From an uncultured Bacteroidota bacterium (GTDB taxonomy: Bacteria > Bacteroidota > Bacteroidia > Bacteroidales > GCA-2748055): a stretch of 64,000 bases of DNA. Positions 37,853 through 47,318 of the stretch are shown here, in pieces. A program made the translations under genes and the position numbers. How positions within the stretch are numbered: position 1 is the first letter of the stretch; each line of letters opens with the position of its first letter. The stretch spans positions 128,513-192,512 of the forward strand of contig CAWCAK010000002.1 of the NCBI GenBank assembly GCA_963793455.1, in the 5' to 3' direction. The notes beneath the pieces are model-generated. The model ran no database searches and was not told the DNA's origin. It worked only from the letters and a program-made list of their open reading frames with translations.

Positions 37853-39503
37853 CTACCGCGGTGAAAGTGGCCAGGGGATCCGCGGGCATTTTTTTTGCGA
37901 TGTGGATGATCAGTTCATTCTCTTTCCTGGTATCGGTGATCTCTACCTTTTCGTCTCCGCTTTGGATGAATCCGCGGTCGCCGATCTGTCCACCGCTTTC
38001 GGGGTAGAAGGGGGTCATGTTGAACACCAGGTGGTACATCTCCCGTTTTTTGGTGACCACCTTCCGGTACCGTGTGATCTTTACCTCGGTGGAGAGCCAG
38101 TCATAGCCCACAAACTCTTCCCTGTCGTCTGAAAGCAGTTCGGTCCAGTCACCCGATTCGGTCTCTGCGGCCTGCTTGGAGCGGTTTTTCTGTGCCTCCA
38201 TCCCTTTTTGGAACGCCTCCCGGTTCACTTCCATGCCCTGTTCTGAAAGGATCAGTTCGGTGAGGTCCAGGGGAAAGCCGAAGGTGTCATACAGCCTGAA
38301 GGCCTCATCCCCGCTGATGATGCTGGTGCCTGTCTCCCTGGCCTGTTCTGTGAGCTGGTCCAGCAGCCTCATCCCGTTCTCCAGGGTGGAAAGGAAAGAG
38401 AGCTCCTCTTCCCGGATCACTCTTTCAATGATTTCAGCACCGGCCCCAAGCTCGGGAAAGGTTTCGCCCATGGTGGAAACCAGCACCGGGACAAGGTCAT
38501 GCATAAAGGGCTCCTTCATCCCCAGGAAGGTGAATCCGTACCGGACGGCCCGGCGGAGGATCCTCCGGATCACATAGCCGGCCTTGTTGTTGGAGGGCAG
38601 CTGTCCGTCGGCAATGGAGAATGCTATGGCCCTGAGGTGGTCAGCCACCACCCGCATGGCCACATCTGTGGATTCCTCTGATCCGTAGGCATGGCCGGTA
38701 ATTTCAGCAAGGGCCCCTATAACAGGCTGGAACAGGTCGGTATCGTAGTTGGACTTCTTTCCCTGGATTGCCATGCAGAGCCTCTCGAATCCCATCCCTG
38801 TATCTACGTGCTTCTCCGGGAGATTTTCCAGCTCTCCCCCTGCTTTGCGGTTGAACTGGATGAATACCAGGTTCCAGATCTCGATGACCAGGGGATGGTC
38901 ACTGTTCACCAGTGAAGCCCCGTTTGTATCAGCCCGCTCTGCGTCGTCCCGGAGGTCCAGGTGGATTTCCGAACAGGGGCCACAGGGGCCCGTTTCACCC
39001 ATTTCCCAGAAATTGTCCTTTTTGGTTCCGTCCAGGATGCGCTCCGGAGGGAGGAACCCACCCCAGAGGTCACTGGCCTCCTGGTCCCGTTCCGTGCCAT
39101 CCTTCGGATCTCCTTCGAATACCGTGGCATAGATACGCCCGGGGTCCAGCTTCATGCTGACGGTGAGGAACTCCCATGCCCACTGAATGGCATCTTTCTT
39201 GAAATAGTCCCCGAATGACCAGTTCCCCAGCATCTCGAACATGGTGTGGTGGTAGGTATCATGACCCACCTCCTCCAGGTCGTTGTGTTTGCCGGTTACG
39301 CGGAGGCATTTCTGTGTATCGGTGACCCTTTTTGTTTCGGGTTGCCGGTTCCCCAGAAAATAGTCCTTGAACTGGTTCATCCCCGCGTTGGTGAACATGA
39401 GTGTGGGGTCGTTTTTCAGCACCATGGGGGCGGAGGAAACCACCTTGTGATTCTTCTCTTTAAAATAGCTTAAAAATGCAGTTCGTATCTCCTGGGAATT
39501 CAT
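37845..39503 (-). CDS. alaS: Alanine--tRNA ligase, N-terminal fragment (catalytic and tRNA-recognition domains)
   Basis: Contains [83 protein letters not shown] and [10 protein letters not shown]. Confidence 0.9.
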   Translation of the reverse strand: MNSQEIRTAFLSYFKEKNHKVVSSAPMVLKNDPTLMFTNAGMNQFKDYFLGNRQPETKRVTDTQKCLRVTGKHNDLEEVGHDTYHHTMFEMLGNWSFGDYFKKDAIQWAWEFLTVSMKLDPGRIYATVFEGDPKDGTERDQEASDLWGGFLPPERILDGTKKDNFWEMGETGPCGPCSEIHLDLRDDAERADTNGASLVNSDHPLVIEIWNLVFIQFNRKAGGELENLPEKHVDTGMGFERLCMAIQGKKSNYDTDLFQPVIGALAEITGHAYGSEESTDVAMRVVADHLRAIAFSIADGQLPSNNKAGYVIRRILRRAVRYGFTFLGMKEPFMHDLVPVLVSTMGETFPELGAGAEIIERVIREEELSFLSTLENGMRLLDQLTEQARETGTSIISGDEAFRLYDTFGFPLDLTELILSEQGMEVNREAFQKGMEAQKNRSKQAAETESGDWTELLSDDREEFVGYDWLSTEVKITRYRKVVTKKREMYHLVFNMTPFYPESGGQIGDRGFIQSGDEKVEITDTRKENELIIHIAKKMPADPLATFTAVGE

Positions 39504-39638
39504 TCGTCAAAAAAATTTTGGCTACAAAACGTAACCCGGATATGAAAGTTACGTAAAAAATGCCTTAGAGGAGCAAAAATAATTTTTTTGACTAATAGTT
39601 GCGAGATTAAGTGTGGTTTTTTATTTTTAGCGCTTAGA

Positions 39639-40631
39639 ATGATGAACCTGTTCGGTCGAAAATACTTCTTAAACCCTGAAACACTTCGTATTGAACGTGT
39701 TAGGATGTCGCGGAGCCAAAAGTTCCGTACAATCCTTGGTCTCGGGCTGGGTCTGATCGCCCTGGCGGTGGTTTTAAGGTTTGGATTCGAAAGGTTTTAC
39801 CCCACACCCAGGCAGGTCATTTATGAGCGGGAGAATACCCAGCTCCGTTCCGATTATATGTCACTGAGTACAAGGCTCCGGCAGGTCGACACCCAGTTAA
39901 TGGAACTGAGGAACCGGGATGACCGTTTTTACCGGGCCATTCTGAACCTGGAACCGGTTCCGGCATCCATCAGGGAAGCGGGTACGGGAGGATCAGAACC
40001 CTATATCCAGTTGCGCAACATCCGCGAACCTGGCCTGGTCAGGAATGTGTCGGAACACATCGATAAGATCTCCAACCGGGTGAAGATACAGTCCAGCAGC
40101 CTGGAGAACGTCTACGAGGAGGCTGTTACCAACCAGCGGTTCCTGGCGTGCAAACCCTCCATCAATCCCATTTCATCGGGTGATCCCCACTGGATGACCT
40201 CCTCCTATGGCTACAGGAACGATCCCTTTACCCACCGGCGTACCGCCCACCATGGTATCGACCTGGCCGGACCCTACGGACTGAATATTCATGCCACCGG
40301 TGACGGAACGGTGATTGCTGCCCATTTCAACAGGCACGGATATGGCAAGGAGGTTCTGGTTGACCACGGATTCGGATTTACCTCACGGTATGCCCACCTG
40401 AATGATATTTTTGTGAAACCCGGACAGGAGATCAAACGGGGTGAGGTATTGGGAAGCATGGGCAGTACCGGGCGTTCCACGGGGCCACATCTCCATTATG
40501 AGGTGCGGAAGAACGGACGGGCGGTGAATCCCATGTACTTCTTCTACGAGAACCTCTCTCCGGATGAGTACAGCCTGCTTGCATCGAAGGCGGTCCAGCC
40601 CCTTGGATCCTACCAGGCCACAGCGCCATGA
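39639..40631 (+). CDS. M23 family metallopeptidase, tandem paralog 1
   Basis: The N-terminus is FGRKYFLNPETLRIERV, followed by a TM helix and a coiled-coil-like region. LytM motifs are HHGIDLAGP and GPHLHYEVR. I chose the start at ATG 39639 rather than the track start at 39588. Confidence 0.8.
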   Translation: MMNLFGRKYFLNPETLRIERVRMSRSQKFRTILGLGLGLIALAVVLRFGFERFYPTPRQVIYERENTQLRSDYMSLSTRLRQVDTQLMELRNRDDRFYRAILNLEPVPASIREAGTGGSEPYIQLRNIREPGLVRNVSEHIDKISNRVKIQSSSLENVYEEAVTNQRFLACKPSINPISSGDPHWMTSSYGYRNDPFTHRRTAHHGIDLAGPYGLNIHATGDGTVIAAHFNRHGYGKEVLVDHGFGFTSRYAHLNDIFVKPGQEIKRGEVLGSMGSTGRSTGPHLHYEVRKNGRAVNPMYFFYENLSPDEYSLLASKAVQPLGSYQATAP

Positions 40632-40696
40632 GCCAGAAATAATCCTTCCCTTTCATAGATTGGAAGGTTGCGGAAATAAATTGTTATTTTCGCAGC

Positions 40697-41659
40697 ATGC
40701 CCAGGACGCAATTCAAATTCAATCCCGAAGACCTTCATTACGACAAGCTGGATAACAGCCTTGGGGCACGTATCTGGCGTGTGGCGATCTATGTGATGGC
40801 CATCCTGGTGGTGGCCATCCTTCTGAATGTGGTCTATTCGCTCTTTTTCGATACACCGAGGGAGCGGCAGATCAGGAGGGAGAATGAGATGCTCCAGGAA
40901 CAGTATGATGCCATGAGTGAGAGAAAACAGCGGGTGGATACTGTGATGCAGGAGATCCAGCAGATAGACCGGGATATATACCGGGTGATTTTTGAGACCG
41001 AACCCGTTGAACCGGGCAAGCTGAAGAGTTCGGAGGTTACTTACCAGAACCTGTTGCGCAGCACCATTGAGGAGGTGGTTTATTATACAGCCCACAAGTC
41101 CGATTCCCTGATGGTTCATAACGATCAAACTGCCTCCATGTATGATGTACTGATGATCAAGGGGGAGAACCGGTTGGAGATGTTGCCCGCTATTCCGGGT
41201 ATTCAACCCATTGATAATCCGAATTTTACCCTGATTGCATCGGGTTATGGCCACCGGATCCATCCCATCTATAAAATCATGAAGATGCATACGGGTATCG
41301 ATTTTTCAGCACCTGTGGGAACTGAGGTTAAAGCCACAGCCGACGGGATGGTTGAAAGTGTGACCCGGTCGGGGAGGGGTCTGGGAAACCGGATCGTGAT
41401 CGATCACGGGTACGGATACAAAACCCTGTATGCCTGTATGGATGAGCTGGGGGTGAGGAACGGAAACCGGGTGAAAAGGGGTGAGAAGATCGGGACCGTT
41501 GGGGAATCAGGTCTCAGTGTGGCACCGCACCTGCATTACGAGGTGCGTCTCAATGGTGAGCCGGTCAATCCCATCAACTATTTTTTCCTGGAGCTGACGC
41601 CCCTGGAGTATGACCAGCTGATCCTGATCTCCATGATGTCGGGTCAATCTTTTGATTAA
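40697..41659 (+). CDS. M23 family metallopeptidase, tandem paralog 2
   Basis: The N-terminus is TQFKFNPEDLHYDKL, followed by a TM helix. LytM motifs are MHTGIDFSAP and APHLHYEVR. Confidence 0.8.
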   Translation: MPRTQFKFNPEDLHYDKLDNSLGARIWRVAIYVMAILVVAILLNVVYSLFFDTPRERQIRRENEMLQEQYDAMSERKQRVDTVMQEIQQIDRDIYRVIFETEPVEPGKLKSSEVTYQNLLRSTIEEVVYYTAHKSDSLMVHNDQTASMYDVLMIKGENRLEMLPAIPGIQPIDNPNFTLIASGYGHRIHPIYKIMKMHTGIDFSAPVGTEVKATADGMVESVTRSGRGLGNRIVIDHGYGYKTLYACMDELGVRNGNRVKRGEKIGTVGESGLSVAPHLHYEVRLNGEPVNPINYFFLELTPLEYDQLILISMMSGQSFD

Positions 41660-41676
41660 CAACACTTTTTTGTATA

Positions 41677-42657
41677 TTGCATTCAATGGACCGATTTAGA
41701 TTTAATCCTGAAACCCTATCATACCAGAGAATCACGGCAACCGGGAGACAGAAGTTGTTCCGGTTCTTGCTTTTCATGGGATTTGCCTTGCTTCTTGGCT
41801 CCGGTATCCTGGTGATCCGGGACGAGCACAGCATCTCACCGCGGACAGAGACCCTGGAGGTGGAGCAACAACAGCTGGTGTATGAACTGGAACTTTTCAA
41901 CAGGGATTTCAACCTGTACGAATCCATACTTCAGAATGTGGCTCACAAAGATGACCACATTTACCGGGTCTATTTTGAACAGGACCCCTGGCCTGCCACA
42001 CAGCGGAGCGTGGGTGTGGGGGGATCTCAGAAATATGCCCCCCTCAGGAAATACAAGTATGCGGAGCTGCTTATCACAACCAACCGCAACATCGACCGGA
42101 TCGAAAGGAAGCTGGTGGTTCAGTCCACCTCCTTCGACCAGGTGGTTGATATGGCAGGAACCAAGGAGGAACGGCTGGCAGCGCGCCCTGCCATTCAACC
42201 TTTGAGTTCAAAGGACCTGACCCGTTTCGGATCCTCTTTTGGCATGCGTTTCCACCCTATCCTGAAGGTTGTCAGGCCCCACGAAGGGATCGACCTGACA
42301 GCCCCCCGGGGAACACCCATCTATGCCACGGCAGATGGTGTCGCACTACAGGCGGGGTACCGGGCCGGGGGATTCGGCAAAAAGATCCTGTTAGATCACG
42401 GTTTCGGGTACCAGACGCTCTATGGCCATTGTGAAGAGGTGCTGGTGAAACCGGGACAGCAGGTGAAGCGGGGCGAGGTGATCGGTAAGGTGGGAAGTAC
42501 AGGGCTTTCAAAATCACCACACCTGCACTATGAAGTGCATGTGAATGGCCGTCCCACGGATCCCATTAACTATTATGCCAACGACCTGTCGCCCGAGGAG
42601 TATGACCGGATGATCGACATGTTGTCCAGGGCCGATCCCTCCTTTGATATCAACTGA
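41677..42657 (+). CDS. M23 family metallopeptidase, tandem paralog 3
   Basis: The N-terminus is DRFRFNPETLSYQRI, followed by a TM helix. LytM motifs are PHEGIDLTAP and SPHLHYEVH. Confidence 0.8.
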   Translation: MHSMDRFRFNPETLSYQRITATGRQKLFRFLLFMGFALLLGSGILVIRDEHSISPRTETLEVEQQQLVYELELFNRDFNLYESILQNVAHKDDHIYRVYFEQDPWPATQRSVGVGGSQKYAPLRKYKYAELLITTNRNIDRIERKLVVQSTSFDQVVDMAGTKEERLAARPAIQPLSSKDLTRFGSSFGMRFHPILKVVRPHEGIDLTAPRGTPIYATADGVALQAGYRAGGFGKKILLDHGFGYQTLYGHCEEVLVKPGQQVKRGEVIGKVGSTGLSKSPHLHYEVHVNGRPTDPINYYANDLSPEEYDRMIDMLSRADPSFDIN

Positions 42658-42663
42658 TTGCTG

Positions 42664-43803
42664 ATGCAGGCAATGAGAAGAGGGGTGGCTGTTTTTTTCC
42701 TGTTGATTCCCGGGTTATTTCTTTTCGCCCAGCAACCCGATACGATCCTTCCAGCCGATACGATCCTTTCAGCCGATACGATCCTTCCATCTGACACCAT
42801 CATCATACCCGATACCATTGTTTTACCCGATACCATCTGCATTATTGGCACGGGCGACATTATGCTGGGGACCAACTATCCTTCGGCGACCTACCTTCCG
42901 CCCGGAGCTGACTGCTCACCGCTGCTCAGACCGGTGCACCACATCCTGCAATCGGGCGACCTGCTGTTCGGGAACCTGGAAGGGGTGTTCTGCAGTGAAG
43001 GGGGGACCCCTAAAAAATGCAAGGATACCACCCGCTGCTATGTGTTCCGGATGCCCGATCATTTTGCCGGCTGCCTGGTTGAGGCGGGATATGATGTGGT
43101 GAGTGTGGCCAACAACCATGTGAATGATTTCGGTCAGAAGGGCAGGGCAGCCACCGCAGCACTGCTCGATTCGGTGGGAATTGCCTTTGCAGGATTCGTG
43201 ACCCACCCGTGGACCGTTTTTGAAAAGGAAGGAATCACCTATGGTTTTGCAGCCTTCGCACCCAACAAGGGGACCTCGGATCTGAAGGACTACGGAAGGG
43301 CAGTTGAGATCACCGCCATGCTCGATTCCCTGGCCGATGTGGTCATCATCTCCTTTCATGGCGGAGGGGAGGGGAAGGATCACCAGCATGTGGTGCGGGG
43401 TGACGAGGAATACCTGGGATACAACAGGGGCAGCGTTTACCGCTTCTCCCACGATGTGGTGGATGCAGGGGCGGATGTGGTCTTTGGGCACGGGCCCCAT
43501 GTGACGAGGGCGGTGGAACTGTACCGTGACCGGCTGATCTGTTACAGCCTGGGGAATTTTGCCACCTACAGGCGGTTTAACCTGAGGGGTCCCAACGGTA
43601 TTGCCCCCATTGTTAAAGTGAACACCGGTCCGGCAGGAAGGTTCCTTTCCGGCGAGGTGGTACCCGTTTACCAGCCTGGGGAGGGAGGACCCAGGCCTGA
43701 TCCCTCCTCGCGTGTTATCCACACACTGAAGGAGCTCACCGAGGCCGATTTTCCAGGGCAGGACCTGGTCATCGGAGAAGATGGTACCTTGCGGCGAAGG
43801 TAA
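42664..43803 (+). CDS. CapA family (PGA_cap, metallophosphatase-fold) protein with N-terminal hexapeptide repeats
   Basis: Signal peptide, then the DTILPA-type repeats. CapA motifs are GTGDIMLG, LFGNLEGV, VVSVANNHVNDFG, ISFHGGGE, VFGHGPHV and YSLGNF. I placed the start at ATG 42664; the track ORF starts at TTG 42658. Confidence 0.8.
   Translation: MQAMRRGVAVFFLLIPGLFLFAQQPDTILPADTILSADTILPSDTIIIPDTIVLPDTICIIGTGDIMLGTNYPSATYLPPGADCSPLLRPVHHILQSGDLLFGNLEGVFCSEGGTPKKCKDTTRCYVFRMPDHFAGCLVEAGYDVVSVANNHVNDFGQKGRAATAALLDSVGIAFAGFVTHPWTVFEKEGITYGFAAFAPNKGTSDLKDYGRAVEITAMLDSLADVVIISFHGGGEGKDHQHVVRGDEEYLGYNRGSVYRFSHDVVDAGADVVFGHGPHVTRAVELYRDRLICYSLGNFATYRRFNLRGPNGIAPIVKVNTGPAGRFLSGEVVPVYQPGEGGPRPDPSSRVIHTLKELTEADFPGQDLVIGEDGTLRRR
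42736..42840 (+). repeat. Six tandem 18-bp units encoding DTILPA/DTILSA/DTILPS/DTIIIP/DTIVLP/DTICII
   Basis: The first three units, GATACGATCCTTCCAGCC, GATACGATCCTTTCAGCC and GATACGATCCTTCCATCT, are near-identical. The next three are diverged but in phase. Confidence 0.85.
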
Positions 43804-43873
43804 GTGGCTGCGGATTTGATTTCTGGTCCGATTTTCTTAAATTGGATCCTGTTTTTTAAGTAAACTGACCGGT

Positions 43874-44209
43874 ATGCCTTACAAGGAAACGAAAGTTGAG
43901 AAACTCTACTACTCCATCGGGGAGGTGGCCAGTATGTTTAATGTCAATACTTCCCTGATCCGGTTCTGGGAGAAGGAGTTTGATATCATCAAGCCCAAGA
44001 AGAATAAAAAGGGCAACCGGCTCTTCACCCAGAAGGATATTGACAATTTCCATATCATTTACCACCTGGTGAAGGAGAACGGGATGACCCTGAAGGGAGC
44101 CCAGAAGAAGATGAAGGAGAACAAGGAGGATACGGAACACAATTTTGAGATCATCAAATCCCTGGAGAACATCAAGGAGATGCTCCTGGATGTCGGGGAG
44201 AGCCTGTAA
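43874..44209 (+). CDS. MerR family transcriptional regulator
   Basis: 111 aa. Contains YYSIGEVASMFNVNTSLIRFWEKEFDIIKPKKNKKGNRLFTQKDIDNF, a MerR-type HTH. Confidence 0.85.
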   Translation: MPYKETKVEKLYYSIGEVASMFNVNTSLIRFWEKEFDIIKPKKNKKGNRLFTQKDIDNFHIIYHLVKENGMTLKGAQKKMKENKEDTEHNFEIIKSLENIKEMLLDVGESL

Positions 44210-44242
44210 ACCTGGTCCTGATCAGGGATCAAATCATACCAC

Positions 44243-45340
44243 ATGATACAGTTGAAGGAGATTACCAGGTTCCTGGAAGACCTGGCGCCGCTTTCATTCC
44301 AGGAAGAATACGACAATTCAGGTCTCCAGGTGGGTGATCGTGAGATGGAGGTAACCGGGATCCTGATCACCCTGGATGTGACCGAAGAGGTGATGGAGGA
44401 GGCAGCACGCCTGGGATTCAACCTGGTGGTTTCACACCACCCGGTGATCTTCGGCGGCCTGAAATCACTGACAGGCAAAAATGCTTCCCAGCGGATCGTG
44501 GCTGAAGCCATCCGGAAAGGGATTGCCATCTATAGTGGACATACCAATGTGGACGCTATCCCGGAAGGGGTCAGCAGGACCATGGCAGACAGGCTGGGAC
44601 TGGTCAACCAGCGGATTCTTGATCCCATGAAGGGACAGCTGAAGAAGGTGGCAGTCTTCGTTCCCCACGACCACATGGAGGAGGTCCGCTCGGCTATGTT
44701 CAGGGCAGGTGCAGGACAAGTGGGGGAATATGAACAGTGCAGTTTCAACCTGGAGGGAAAGGGGACTTTCAGGGGATTGGAGGGGACCGATCCGTTCGTG
44801 GGGAAGACCGGGGAGATGCACCAGGAACCCGAAACCAGGGTGGAGACCATTGTTCCGGCCCACAGGGTGGATAAGGTGGTGCAGGCCATGGTGGCGGCAC
44901 ATCCCTATGAAGAGGTGGCGTACGACATCTACGCTCTCGAGAACCGGTCAGCCGTGGCAGGCATGGGAATGACCGGTGACCTGGAGGATCCCATGGACGA
45001 AACGGTATTTCTGAATTTCGTGAAAGACCGGTTCGGGGTACCTGTGATCAGGCACTCCATGCTGAAGGGGAATCCTGTAAAACGGGTGGCCCTGTGTGGC
45101 GGGGCCGGCAGTTTCCTGCTGGGGAAGGCCATCGGGTCGGGTGCAGATGTTTTTATCACCGGCGATCTCAAATACCACCAGTTCTTTGATGCCGATGGCA
45201 GGATTGTGGTGATGGATATCGGGCATTTTGAAAGTGAGCAGTTTACCCGGGAACTTTTTTATGAACTACTTAAGAAAAAATTCCCTAAATTTGCAATCCG
45301 ATTATCAGAAACAGACACAAATCCAATTAAATACTTTTAG
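44243..45340 (+). CDS. Nif3-like dinuclear metal center protein (GTP cyclohydrolase 1 type 2 homolog)
   Basis: 365 aa. Contains DNSGLQVGD, LVVSHHPVIF, AIYSGHTNVD, a PII-like insert and GHFESEQF. Confidence 0.85.
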   Translation: MIQLKEITRFLEDLAPLSFQEEYDNSGLQVGDREMEVTGILITLDVTEEVMEEAARLGFNLVVSHHPVIFGGLKSLTGKNASQRIVAEAIRKGIAIYSGHTNVDAIPEGVSRTMADRLGLVNQRILDPMKGQLKKVAVFVPHDHMEEVRSAMFRAGAGQVGEYEQCSFNLEGKGTFRGLEGTDPFVGKTGEMHQEPETRVETIVPAHRVDKVVQAMVAAHPYEEVAYDIYALENRSAVAGMGMTGDLEDPMDETVFLNFVKDRFGVPVIRHSMLKGNPVKRVALCGGAGSFLLGKAIGSGADVFITGDLKYHQFFDADGRIVVMDIGHFESEQFTRELFYELLKKKFPKFAIRLSETDTNPIKYF

Positions 45341-45343
45341 TAC

Positions 45344-46111
45344 ATGGCCAAAGCAAAGAAAAGTGCAGAGGTTGCTGAAATGACAGTTGCTGAAAAGCTG
45401 AAAGCACTGTATGACAAGCAGCTGATTGATACTGCCATTGATAAAATAAAGATCCTTCGCGGGGAACTTCCCCTGGAGGTACAGGACCTGGAAGATGAGA
45501 TTGAAGGGCTGCAGACCAGGGTCTCGAAATACGACGAGGACATTGAGAGCCTTGAGAAATCCATCAGTGGAAAGAACCAGGAGATCAAGAATGCCCAGGA
45601 TCTCATTAAGAAGTATGAAGAGCAGCAGAACAATGTAAGGAATAACAGGGAGTATGATTCCCTGTCAAAAGAGATTGAATTCCAGACACTTGAAATCGAG
45701 TTGTGCGAGAAGCGGATCAGGGAGTTTACAACCCAGATCGAAGAGAAGAAGGTGGTGATTGGTGAGTCCACCGGGGTGTTGGAGGAGCGGAAACTGGACC
45801 TGGAAAACAAGAAGAAGGAGCTGGATGATATCATTGATGAGACCAAGAAAGAGGAGGAGGTCCTGGAAAAGAAATCGGAAACACTGGAAGGGATCATCGA
45901 GTCAAGGCTCACCACAGCCTACCGGAAGATCAGGGCAAATGCCCGCAATGGTCTTGCCGTGGTCCCAGTGGAGCGGGATGCATGTGGTGGTTGTTTCAAC
46001 AAAATCCCGCCCCAGCGCCAGCTGGATATTGCCTCCAGGAAGAAGATCATCGTTTGCGAATACTGCGGACGGATCCTGGTGGATTCCAAGATGAGCGAAG
46101 AGGGGGTGTAG
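45344..46111 (+). CDS. Zinc-ribbon domain protein with long coiled coil (COG1579-like partner of Nif3)
   Basis: 255 aa of coiled coil rich in E/K. The C-terminal C4 ribbon reads CGGCFNKIPPQ...VCEYCGRIL. Adjacency to a Nif3 gene is a conserved pairing. Confidence 0.8.
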   Translation: MAKAKKSAEVAEMTVAEKLKALYDKQLIDTAIDKIKILRGELPLEVQDLEDEIEGLQTRVSKYDEDIESLEKSISGKNQEIKNAQDLIKKYEEQQNNVRNNREYDSLSKEIEFQTLEIELCEKRIREFTTQIEEKKVVIGESTGVLEERKLDLENKKKELDDIIDETKKEEEVLEKKSETLEGIIESRLTTAYRKIRANARNGLAVVPVERDACGGCFNKIPPQRQLDIASRKKIIVCEYCGRILVDSKMSEEGV

Positions 46112-46133
46112 GCTTTCCTTACCGGGGAACCAG

Positions 46134-46670
46134 CTACTTGAGCCAGTAGGGTTCCACCTCCCTGGTTCCGGCAAGGTTCGCCCGGGTATCCTCCAGAAAT
46201 TGCTTCATCCTGACCACATCGTCTGATGTCATAGGCATTGAGGTGAAAGTGGATGGAGGCGTGGCTGCAGGCACCAGTGTAAACATGGTGCCTTTTCTTG
46301 TCTGTGGTTTATACACCCAGAGGGGCAGGAAGGCATGACCGGCCACCCGGGTGCCACCGGGGCCCTTTTCAAGTTCAAGTTCAAAAGCAATCCCCCCGTC
46401 CCTGAACCTGTCGCGTTGGTTCGAGACCAGGTTCCCCATGGAGTAGGCCACCAGGTCCCCTTTACCGGTGCCATGGACCGGTTGTACCACATGGGGATGG
46501 GAACCGATGATCACATCGGCCCCGTTCCCGAACAGGAAACGGGCCAGTTCCCTTTGACTTTCATTTTCAGTTCTTTCGTACTCAGATCCCCAGTGCATGG
46601 TGACGATGATCAAATCGGGTTCGGCTGTGGCTGCCTTCTGCAGGTCGGCCTGGATCCTCAGCCGTGTCAA
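46134..46670 (-). CDS. CapA family protein, C-terminal fragment
   Basis: Contains DLIIVTMHWGSEYE, GADVIIGSHPHVVQP and AYSMGNLVSNQ. It continues the ORF at 46582-47286 after a frame change near 46660-46675. Confidence 0.75.
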   Translation of the reverse strand: MTRLRIQADLQKAATAEPDLIIVTMHWGSEYERTENESQRELARFLFGNGADVIIGSHPHVVQPVHGTGKGDLVAYSMGNLVSNQRDRFRDGGIAFELELEKGPGGTRVAGHAFLPLWVYKPQTRKGTMFTLVPAATPPSTFTSMPMTSDDVVRMKQFLEDTRANLAGTREVEPYWLK

Positions 46671-47286
46671 TGCGGTTCACAATGGAGGGTGGCTTCACCT
46701 TCAGCCCGTTGGTCCCGTAGGTGTAATTCAGCAGTGCGATCCGGATCCCGTTCTTTTCCACCACCAGCGGGTAGGTCAGTGAACGGGACCGGTCATCGGT
46801 GAAGGTGCCTGTATGGAGGATCCCCCTGGCATCGAGTTGACCGAGGGTTCGTTCAAGTCCACTCCTTCCGCGGTCAAGGGCATGGTTGTTGGCAGTGACC
46901 AGGATGTGGAATCCTGCTGTTTTCAGGGCATCGGCCAGTTCATCCGGACTGGAGAACTGGGGGTATCCTTTATACGGGGGGCCTGCCAGGGTTACCTCCA
47001 GGTTCCCGATCACCAGGTCTGCATCCTGCAGGTAAGGGGCCAGGTACTGAAAGCATGGCTGGTAGTCATACCCTGATTTTCCAGTGGCCAGGGCCGAAGC
47101 GATCTGGGTGTCGTGTCCCATGATGTCGCCTGTGAAGACCAGCTTCAGCCGGCTGGTACCCTGCATTGTTTCCGGCCCGGTCTGCCCGGCCGGATGAACC
47201 GGCTCCCGGGCATGGGCAGAAACGATCAGGAAGAACAGGATCAGCCAGGCAGGGACCCTGAAACATGTCATGCGAATGTGGTCCAT
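46582..47286 (-). CDS. CapA family protein, N-terminal fragment
   Basis: Signal peptide, then LVFTGDIMGHD, LVIGNLEVTLAG and ILVTANNHALDRG. The tail after ...VNRIDTA is out of frame. Confidence 0.75.
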   Translation of the reverse strand: MDHIRMTCFRVPAWLILFFLIVSAHAREPVHPAGQTGPETMQGTSRLKLVFTGDIMGHDTQIASALATGKSGYDYQPCFQYLAPYLQDADLVIGNLEVTLAGPPYKGYPQFSSPDELADALKTAGFHILVTANNHALDRGRSGLERTLGQLDARGILHTGTFTDDRSRSLTYPLVVEKNGIRIALLNYTYGTNGLKVKPPSIVNRIDTAEDPGRPAEGSHSRTRFDHRHHALGI

Positions 47287-47318
47287 GGGCGCGCGTTAAA
47301 ACCCAAAGTTAGCATATT

